A stretch of 56,650 bases of DNA, taken from Prorocentrum cordatum. Lineage: Eukaryota. The position numbers and the translations under genes are program-made. Positions 46,476-56,650 of the stretch are shown in pieces. The stretch spans positions 62,001 through 118,650 of the forward strand of contig CAUYUJ010000077.1 of the NCBI GenBank assembly GCA_963575745.1, given 5' to 3'. Within the stretch, counting starts at the first letter, position 1, and each line of letters begins with the position of its first letter. The notes under the pieces are model-generated. The model had not been told where the DNA came from. It saw nothing but the letters and a program-made list of their open reading frames with translations, and did not search any database.

Positions 46476-49400
46476 CTACTACTACTACTACCACGCCAGC
46501 AATCGCGGATATAAGATTGTTCGCGCCCCCCTCCCCGCGCGCCACTCAACGCGTATACCCCGAACCAACAACAGCAACCGCAACCGCAACAACCACAACA
46601 ACCACAACGACCACAACCACAACGACACCGCCGCCAACAACAACACCGACAATCATTGTGCCCTCCTGCGCCGTGCCCCCACACGTTACACGTATCCTTC
46701 TGGACACCGCACCCCAGCATGGGGATGTGTTTCCGGCGCGCGGAGTCCGATATTCCCTCGCCCAAATCCCCCGCCCAAGAAAGGATTGCCACCACCTCTT
46801 CCGAGGAACTTCGACATCCACAGCTCGGATGGCACATCGCCATCGCAATCGCCCTGCGCGCGCCCCGCATCCCGGAGGAGGAGGAAGAGGACGAGGAGGG
46901 AAGATGAGGGAGAGGGAGGGTGGGAGGAGGAGGAGGAGGAGGAGGAGGAGGAGGAGGAGGAGAAGGAGGAGGAGGAGGAGGAGGAGGATGGAGGAGGAGG
47001 AGGGGGAGGAAGGAGGAGTAGTTGTAGCAGCAGTACCCCCGAGGGCGAGGTGGTTTTTACTCCTCGTTCGAACTGTTACGCCACCGTCCTGCGGCCTCGG
47101 CGCGTGGCCCTGAACGTTCACGCCCCCAGGTGCTGCCGCCCCCATGCTCGCACCCTCCACCTGCCCCCCCCCCCCGCGCCCTCTCAAGGACCCCCTGAAG
47201 TCAATCCTTCGACCCTCGGTCCTTGGAGCCCATGGAAGTCATCCGTCCTCCTTCTTCTCCTCCTCCTCCTCCACATTGTCTATGCTCTCCAAAACAAAAA
47301 CCACAACCATTGTACACTCAAAGTTCAACAGGGACTCTTGGAAACACCCCAGGGGCAATGCCGAAACGAGGGCTCCAGTCTTGAGTAAAAGGTGAGGAAT
47401 TATCAAACGGGAGCGGCGAGGGAGGACGGAAGGGGAAGGGAGGGGGGAGGAGGGAGGAGAAGGCAGGAGGAGGGAGGAGTCAAGGGGGACGAGAAGGGAA
47501 AGGAGGGGGGAGGAGGAGGTGGGAAGAAAGAGGGACGGGAGAGGGAGGAGGGAGGAGGGACAAGAGGAGGGGTGGCGGGAGGAAGAGGGAGGAAGAGAGA
47601 GAGGGGGGGAAGGAGCGAGGAGGAGGAGGAGAAGTAAAAAGAGGAGGAAGAGAAGGGAAAGGAGGAGGTGGAGGAGGAGGAGGAGGGAGGAGGAGGAGGA
47701 GGAGGTGGAGGAGAGGGAGGAGAAGGGGGGAGGACAGGGAGTTCGAGGGAGGAAAGAGGGACGGAGGAGGGAGGAGGGAGGAGGGAGAAGAGGAGGGGGT
47801 GGAAGAAGGAAGAGGGAGGAAGAGGAGGGAAGGGGGAGGAGGAAGGAGGAGGAGAAGGAGGAGGAGGAGGAGGAGGAGGACGAGGACGAGGACGAGGACG
47901 AGGAGGAGGAGGAGGAGGAGGAGAAAAGGGCGCCAGTCCAGCACAAAACGGGAGGAAGTCTCGGGCGGGAGCGTTGGTTTTGTCGGGACGGGGGCTGTCG
48001 GCGGCGAGCAAGAGCACCGCCTTGAGTAAACAAGGGGGGAAATCTCGAGCGGGAGCGTTGTTGTTGCTGGGGGGCGGCGCCGATGAAAGAAAGAGTAGCG
48101 CGCCTGTCCAAGGTAAAACTGGAGGAAGTCTCGAGCGGGAGCGCTGGTTTTGCTGAGACGGCTGCTTTCGGCGGCGAGCAAGAGCACCGGCCCTGAGTAA
48201 AAAAGGAGGTAGTCTCGAACGGGAGCTTTTTTGTTGTTGGGGGGCCGGTTTTGGCGGTCCCCCACATCGCTTCAGAGTGAGCCTCATGTTCAATGAAAAT
48301 GCAGCCGGCGCCTCGGCGAGAGCGCCAGGGCGCCTGTAAGGGGTCAAACAAAAATAATTGTTTAGCATTTGACATTCAACAACAACAAACAATACAGCAC
48401 CAACGCCAACACCAACACCAACACCAACACCAACACCACCAACAACGCCACCGACACCAATCAACAGTTACATCCCAAGTCCTCGGTACCCGCCCTCTTC
48501 GTCTTCGATCGTACCCCCCTGGGGGTATATCTTCCCGACCTGCCGCGTGTAATTGTTGTTTCCCCCCGCCCGCTCCCGATGCTTGTGCGCCATCACTTTG
48601 AAGGGAAACACTGCTACAGGCCACGCGACCGGGACAGCAGTGGGGAAAAGGGGCAAGCAGCACGCTGCTCCCCGAACACCTATATAAAAGCGGAGCTGCG
48701 TGTCCTCTGAGATAGGGGAAGAGAGGACGGGTGGAAAGGGGGAGGGAGAAGGATGGAGCACGGGATGAGCAGGAGGGGGGCCAGGAGCAGAGAAAACGTG
48801 GCATAACCAGACGGGACCTACAGGCGGGTAGACCCTAACGAGCGGGTCGGGAAGACGGGCCCAAGCGGCCAGGTCAAGAAGGCGGGTTGCTCAAGCGTGC
48901 GTCCTGCATGAATCGCGAGGACGTCTCGAGCGATAGCTCGATTCTCAAGTAAATCGTGAGAAAGGCCAGATCGAGAGCGTGATTCCTGAGTGTCGAGGTC
49001 GCGGCGTCTGATCAAAGTGCGAGGACGTCCCACGCGAGAGCGCGATTCTTGCAGAAAGTATGATGAAAGCCAACGCGAGGGCGCGACGCATTTAGTGTTC
49101 GGGGGCGGGGGGGCCCACACCATTCAGAGGGAGGGGGGGGGGGCGCCATTCCCGACGCCATTCCCGACGCATTTAGTGCTCGGGGGCGGGGGGGCTCACG
49201 CCATTCAGGGGGGGAGGAAACGCCATTCCCAACGCCAACTCCGACGCATGTAATGCTCGGGTGCGGGGGGGGCCCACACCATTCCCGACGCCGTTCTGAC
49301 GCTCTGACCATGGAGGGAGGGGGACGCCATATCTAACGCCATTCCTGACGCATGTCGTGCTCGCAAGAACGACTCCAAGACGTTCCAATAGGTATCCAAC

Positions 49401-50266
49401 CATCTGCGAAGAGAGACCCACGAGGTCCAAATCGTCCAATTCCGATGGGGAAACGTACATGTTTGTTACCTTACGCGACATGTCGGCCTGCACGACGTTG
49501 CCGACGGTCCCAGAGGCCCCCGAGACCGCGTCAGACGGCTCAAGAGGCTCCCAAAACGACCCCCAAACGGCCCAAGAGTGCGCCAAGACGGCCCAAGAAG
49601 CGGCCAAGCCGGCCCAAGAGGGCTCCAAAACGGCCCCAGGAGCCCCAAGAGGGGGAGCCCGAACCGAAAATCCCAGCCTTTCCCCTCTCGAGGCTCTCAA
49701 GAGGCTCCAAGAAGCCCCCCAAAGGTCCCAACAGGCCCCCAAGAAGCCCCCAGGAGGCCCCAGGAGGCCCTCAAGAGGCCCGAAAGTGGCCCCAAGGCCC
49801 CAAAACGACCCCCAAGAGACTTCCCCAGGTCCCTTGCTCAATCCCCTGAGCCTCAGTCTTCAAGACTGAGGATTCTTAATGGGCCCCCAAGCCCCAAGCT
49901 CTCAAATCTCTCGGGGCTCCCCGCGCGCCCTCTGGGGCTCCCAGAATGTTCCCGCATGACGTCGTCGAGCCCAAGAGGGGCACAAGACGGGCCAACAGGG
50001 CCCCAAGAGGCCCTCAAGACGGCCCAAGAAAGCCCTGAATCACCGAACGGTCGGTCCAAGACGCCCAAGATGGCCCCAAGACGGCCCGAGAAGCTTTCGA
50101 GACGCCCCAAGAGCTCCACGAGCCTTCCCAAGAGGGCCCCGAGAGGCAAAAATAATGTGGTTCCTCCGACTTGTTCAATATGTGTGTGTGTGATCAACGT
50201 CACCACCACCACCACCACCACCACCATTCGTCATCAATATCCCCACCACCATCGCCATGGTCAACG

Positions 50267-50795
<529 letters not shown>

Positions 50796-53700
50796 ATCCG
50801 GAGCGCCCCGGATCGGCGGCACTGGCCGGAGGCCAGCACAATATCAGGCGGGAGCCGTTGTTGTTGTTGTAACTCGGGGCCAAGGGGCCAGTTTGGTGAC
50901 ACCCCAGTCTCCCTTGTAAAAAACCGAATGCGAGCCCCGGGAAGACACTTTGATCGAATAAATATAAAGGTTACCCGAGGGGGGGATCCACAAGAAGTAC
51001 TCTTCAGACATGAGAATTGACTTGACAGCCAGATTTCACGAGTCTCTAAATCAGCATCTGATTGTGGGGGTCTTGCGGCTGCGCGCCCGCGCAGCACTCC
51101 GGGGGCTCCCCGGGGCGCGCCCGGCGCCCTGCGCACCTGGCAGCAGACCTCGCACCGCTGGGCGTCCCTGGCTCGTCTGTTGGCAACTCCCGCGCGCATG
51201 GCGCACCTGGCTCACAAGAGTGATGCAATTCTCACGAGCCCTGGAGGCTGAGTGCTCACGCCAAGGCGGCGCCACGATGAGACATCTGTTCCGCTGCTGG
51301 CCGCGGCTGCCCAAACGCCCTCCCTGCTGTGGCATCAGAAATCGCACGACGACCTCCTCCTCGGAGGCGAGCCCCGATGATGAAAACCATCAGGGCGGCG
51401 CGGATGGCGTCGGAGGATCGCATCACATTGCCGACGCATCGGCGATACATCGGCAACGTCGGGATGGAGATAATCGGGCTCCATGTAGCGCCCCATCGCC
51501 GACGCATCGGAGATGCATCGGCAACATCGGGATGGAGGCAATCGAGCTCCAGGTAGCGCCATATCGCCAACGCATCGGCGATGCATCGGCAACGTCGGGA
51601 CGGAAAGAATCGGACTCTGGATAGCGCTCCTCCGACCCAGTTGCTCTAACTGGCTACTCCTCCTCTTCCTCCTCCTTCTCCTCCTCTTCCTCCTCCTTCT
51701 CCTTCTCCCGCATCGTGTCTCCTCATATCCACCTGTTCAGGGCCAAGATAATGGCCAGGTACGCCCTCGAAAGGGCCCAAAATGGGTAGCCCTTGCGGGG
51801 GGGGGGGGCGGGCTGATGTGTTTGGGAGCGCCTCTGTGTGGTCTCCAGGGGACTATAGCCAACATCCAGACATGAAGTGTGCACGGTAAGGATGCACGAC
51901 GCGTGGGCGTCCAGGCTGAAGCCTGTTGAGCACCGCGCGGCCGAACAACGTGAGGATGCGAGGGTACCCCCAGGGAAGCGTACCAATCGGTCGGAAAAAG
52001 TAGGTAGAAGCACGAAGTGGGAAGGCGTTGAAAGCAGATTGGGTGTCCGCCCGCCCCCCGAGGAGGACGGAAGAGGGGAAGCCACTCGAGCATTGAAGTA
52101 GGAAGGCGCTTAAAGTACATTGGGATCTGGGGTTCCATAACTACCCACGTTCCACGACCGACCGAGGAGGAGGAGTAGGAGTAGGAGCAGGAGGAGGAGC
52201 AGGAGGAGAAGCAGGAGCAGGAGAGGGGGGGGGGGGGACTCCAAAACTACCCACTTTCCACGCTGTGGGTTTTGACAGCAGGCCGTCGAGCGCCTCGGGC
52301 ACTTTGACCGTCGAGAACCTCCCCCTCTCAAAGCCAGCAGCCCCCACAGGGCGGGGTCGGATCGGCTCGCCTCTCCGCGCACCAGCTCCCTCAGCGCGGC
52401 CACGTCGTCCTGCGGGTGGGGGGGCGGCGAGCTTCCCCTCCCTTTGCCTCACTTGTACCCCCTCCATCCCCTCTTCCTCCCCCTCGCCCTTCTCCTCCTC
52501 TATCTCCATATCCAGATCCATATTATCCTCCTCCTCCTCCTGCTCCTCCTCCGTCTCCTCCTCTTCCTCCTGATCCCCCTCCGACTACTCGTAATGTCTC
52601 TTCATGCCTCCCTCATTCTCCCTCATCCCTCCTTCCCCCTGTCTCCTCCATGCCCAAACTGTTATCAACCATGTTCCTCCTCCTCATTAGTATGCCCATA
52701 ATCCTCCCCATCCTCCTCCTCTCTCCTACCCCCTTCCTCCCGCATGCCCCGCCCATCATCCCTCTTTCCTCGCCCATCATCCTTCCTCCAGTCAAAGCGG
52801 TGGTCACGGGACCCCCCCGGGTGCGGGGGGTCGAAAATCATGGCGCGAGGCACATGCGCGACCCAGGGAGGGCGAGGGACATGCGCGACCCAGGGGTCCA
52901 AGAATTCTTGGGAGATATCACGGCCACGGCCATGATATCTACACCCCCCCTGCTCACGAAGGGCCCTGCCTCACAGTACCTTCGGACGTGGCTAATGATA
53001 CGCCAATGACCGCCTGATGTGGCACGAATTGTCTGCAATCGCGACGTCGGGAAAAACTGATGAAAAGCGAGCCATTCGAAGATCATTCGTGGGCCATTAA
53101 TATGTCAAAAATTATTACCCAGTCACTTGTGGGTCGAATGCAATCAGTAGTGGGCCACTAGTGGGCCAAATGTATTAGTCGGCCTTTACCGGGGCAAGTA
53201 GTGGGGCCAGTAGTGGGCCGTTGGGGGGGGGCATTAGCGGGCCATTAACCGCGAAGGGTGTTGCATAAAGGCCCGTTTTACAATGGGAACTAGATATTTC
53301 ATGCGCGGGCCGACCGACGGATTGGGACCGAAAACGACACTGGGAACAGAACGATCACCCCACGGCAACCACTGCTGAGGCCTCCGCCGTCTTCATCGTC
53401 GAAGCCGCTGTCGTCATCGCATTCGCGCGCTTATTCCTTCGAATCCCACCCATGACTACTACAGACGGAGAAGAAAGTTGGAAACGAAATCCCTCACTTT
53501 TCACATGGAAGCATTTGACCACGCATCATACCAACGGCAACCTCCATCAGTCACATGCAGCGCTGCACGCACGTCGAGCCGACGTGGGCCAAACAAATTA
53601 CTAAATTGCTGCACCGTTTGGATCGCGCCTGGGCGGCGGCCCCATCCGCTCGGCGGCGGCCCCGTCCGCGCTCGAACCGCCTTGAGACTGTCCGACCCCA

Positions 53701-53834
53701 AATTTACGAGTGTAAAGAACGAGTGTCGGATGAGTCTCAAAATCTGCGCGACACTGTAAAAATTCACTCACCATACGCGTCCGATGGAGGTCTCAAAGCG
53801 GCCTCAAACAGTCTCAAAGGGTCTCAAAGTGCCC

Positions 53835-54385
53835 GGAACTCTCGGCGCTGAGCACATCCGCGAGTCTCACATTGTCTCAAGGTGCAACCCTCGGCGCCGA
53901 ACGCAGTGGCGCGCCTCGAAGGGTTCCAAATCGCCCCGAAACCCTCGGCGCCGAGTACATCCGCGAGCCTCACATGGTCTCACAGCGCCACAAAACTCCA
54001 GCGCCGAACGCAACCGCTCGTCTTCAAGGCTTCAAAATCGTTCCGAAACCCGCGGCGCCGAGCCATTCCGCAACTCCCACATGGTCTCGCAGTGCCACGA
54101 AACCCTCGGCGCCGAACACATTCGCGCGTTTCAAAGGGTCTCACGATGGCCCGAAACTCCTGGCGCCGAGCACGTCCGCGCGGCTCAAGTGCCCTTGCAG
54201 AGCCGCGACACCCTCAACACCGAACGCATTCGCGCAATTCACAGGGTCTCACAATGCCCAGACACCCTCGGCGCCGAGCCCATCCGCAATTCTCACATGG
54301 TCTCACAATGCCACGAAACCCCCGGCGCCGAACGCATTCGCGCGTTTCAAAGGGTCCTACAATGCCAGGACACACTCGGCGCCGG
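53835..54385 (+). repeat. ~54-bp degenerate minisatellite, ~10-11 units
   Basis: The core accctcggcgccga recurs about every 54 nt and translates as 18-aa repeats (ETLGAEHIRAFQRVSRWP). Confidence 0.85.
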
Positions 54386-55848
54386 AGGCTTGTGGTATAA
54401 GGCGACGCGCTGCAATGTGACCACGTCCGATGCAACGCAAGGCTATGCAAACAATGGGGCCGAAACGTCCGCACGCATTGGACTAAATGTGGACATCGCA
54501 CTTTCGCGCAAGGCAGTCAGTACCACTGCAACCTCCATGGCGACGCCTCGAAGAACGTTGCCCCCAGGCGAGCGCGAAATCCATTGCCAAGCAGTTCTCC
54601 TCGGACTGTATTACCCTTACTCAGAGGAAGAGCGAAGAGGAGGACGAGGAAGAGGAGAAGGAGAAGGAGGGCGACGAGGGAAAGGACGAAGAGGGGAGGA
54701 CGAGGGGGAGGGCGAGGAGGGGATCACGAGGAGGAGCGCGAGGAGGGAGATCGAAGAAGCGGGCGAGGAGGGGAGGGACGAGGAGGGGGAGGACGAGTGA
54801 CGACGAGTCCTACTGCCAGCCGAGAGCTTCGAGGAGGGTGAAGTGCAGCACTGAAGACCCTTCGCGGTTAGCGGGAACTCGTGGGCCAGAAGTGGGACGA
54901 AAATAAATAGCGGCGCATTCCATCAGCAATAGTGAAGGAAAACCCTCCCTGACACCCCCAAATTGGCGACCCCCAAATATATCGGCTGTCCCCCGCCGTG
55001 GGCGCCCCAGGCCCCCGCCCTACCCGGGTGCGGCGCGCGCGCGGGGCCCGTCGGCTCCTGCATCTCCTCACGAACGGCGAACACGTCCGTATCCGCGCCC
55101 TCGCGGTCTGCACTCCCAGGCGCGACCCCGCGGATGCGCAATCGCACGGAGAGGTTCCGCGCGGGGCGTCCGCGAAAAAGCGCCCCGCACCCGCGGGGCC
55201 GCGGCCCAGGGGCCCGGCCTGCGAGACCGCAAATACTTTTTTGATCTGCAGGGCGAGAGCGAACCTCTTCCGCTGAAAGCTACGCGGGACGCGCACAGCT
55301 TTGATTGACAGAGAAAAGGCGGAAGAAGGCGGGGCCTCACGCGGCCAGGAGAGGGCGAAGCCCAGGGATCAGGCGGTGGAGACCGCAAGTACACGGAGAT
55401 GCCTTTCGCCCACGACCCCCCCGGGGCGGCGCGCGCGCGGGGTCCGTCGGTTCCTGCCTCTCCACCGGCGCGTACAGGGCCTTCTCTTCCGGTTCGGCTG
55501 CCGCGTCGCCGCTGTTGCGGCGCGTGCAAGCGAGGCGGGGCCGCTCGACCACCTGGCGCGCGCCGCCGCGGCGGGGCCCGCGCTAGCCCACGACGCCGGG
55601 CGCGTGCACCGAACGCAGCGGCTCAGCTCCACTCGCCCCGCCTCGCCCTCTCCCGCTCCGGAGGGGGACCGTAAAGGGGGACTGGCTCGGGGGGGGGGGG
55701 GGAACACTGACCCGAAGCATGCGGAACGGAGCCGACGCATTGGCGATGGGCCCCCGATAGCGAATCCGCACGCTCCTGGGCGGGGTGGACCATCGGGGCC
55801 CCTGTCGGCGATGAATGGGCGATTTGGGGTCGGTGCATTCCCCACTGA

Positions 55849-56011
55849 CTACCTACCAGACCACCCCAACCCAACCCGAAGACCCGAATTTCGGGTTGGG
55901 GGGGGTAAGGGTTCCACCTGTGTTTTCTCGATGTTTCCCGACCCCCCCTACTAGAAATCGAGGGTAAATCTGAGCCTTCGGGTTGGGTTGGGGTGGTTTG
56001 GTGGGCGGTGA
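55849..56011. mobile_element. Hairpin element bounded by 26-bp inverted repeats and a 17-bp direct repeat
   Basis: ccagaccaccccaacccaacccgaag (55856-55881) matches cttcgggttgggttggggtggtttgg (55976-56001) with 1 mismatch. ggtgcattccccactga occurs at 55832-55848 and 56012-56028. Confidence 0.7.
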
Positions 56012-56650
56012 GGTGCATTCCCCACTGAGCCCATCCCCCCCTTTCGTTGCCACCGAAATCCCCCGCTCCACGTCTCGCCCCTGCTCGCCCACCTCATCCC
56101 AAGTGCCTCTCCATCCCATCCACGCCTCGTGCCGGCCCGCCTGGCCTTGCAACGCCCAGCCCGCCTCGACTCCATGCACTCCTCCGCCCACCGTTGTCCT
56201 CCTCCCTCCCGCGAGAATTACGGAAACCACGCGCGCACTTCGCGCGTTCAGGTTCTAGCGCGCGTTCAGGTTCTAGCGCAACTCAGGCAAACGTCTCGAC
56301 ACGATAGGAACGCATCGCCATGTCTGTCTTCCACAACCTCGATGCGTTTCAAGTATGCTTCACATTCCTCCCATTACTCGCCCTCCCCAATCGTTGCTCC
56401 GACTTCTCTACTCTACATCCTCCAACTTCTGGCTCTCCACTTCAAACCGCTGTCCCTCCTTTCTCGCTCCCCTCTCCTGATTCCTGCGTCCCCTCCTGTT
56501 GTTGCTGTTATTGCGTTTGTTATCTTTCTCGTTATGTTGTTGTTTTCTCGCTCGTGCGTCCACTCACCTGCAGGTGGAAGGAGGAAGGATAGGAACGTGA
56601 GAAGAACAAACGCACACAGCACAATGTCGTGGGTCGCCTCTCCCCATTTC

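Overview
This is GC-rich, extremely repetitive eukaryotic DNA, almost certainly from a dinoflagellate: two perfect copies of the 22-nt dinoflagellate spliced leader (DinoSL, TCCGTAGCCATTTTGGCTCAAG) lie on the minus strand at 14611-14632 and 38926-38947. The centrepiece is an apparently full-length ~5.9-kb non-LTR retrotransposon on the minus strand (~8770-14632). It begins exactly with the DinoSL and encodes an ORF1 with a RanBP2-like zinc finger and an ORF2 with APE endonuclease, RT (MVDD), a CCHC knuckle and RNase H. It ends in a stem-loop and sits between (GAG)n tracts. ORF1 ends in TCC-TGA-C, with the APE domain starting in the +1 frame without its own ATG, and a second frame break lies between APE and RT. 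The rest of the window is a mosaic of microsatellites, several families of short hairpin/TIR elements (many with TCGG...CCGA ends, four chained in tandem), a 2.7-kb Helentron/DINE-like insert, a 789-bp tandem array punctuated by (CAA)n, minisatellites, a decayed ORF region and possible small exons of a minus-strand host gene. Almost all other ORFs in the track are low-complexity or GC artefacts.
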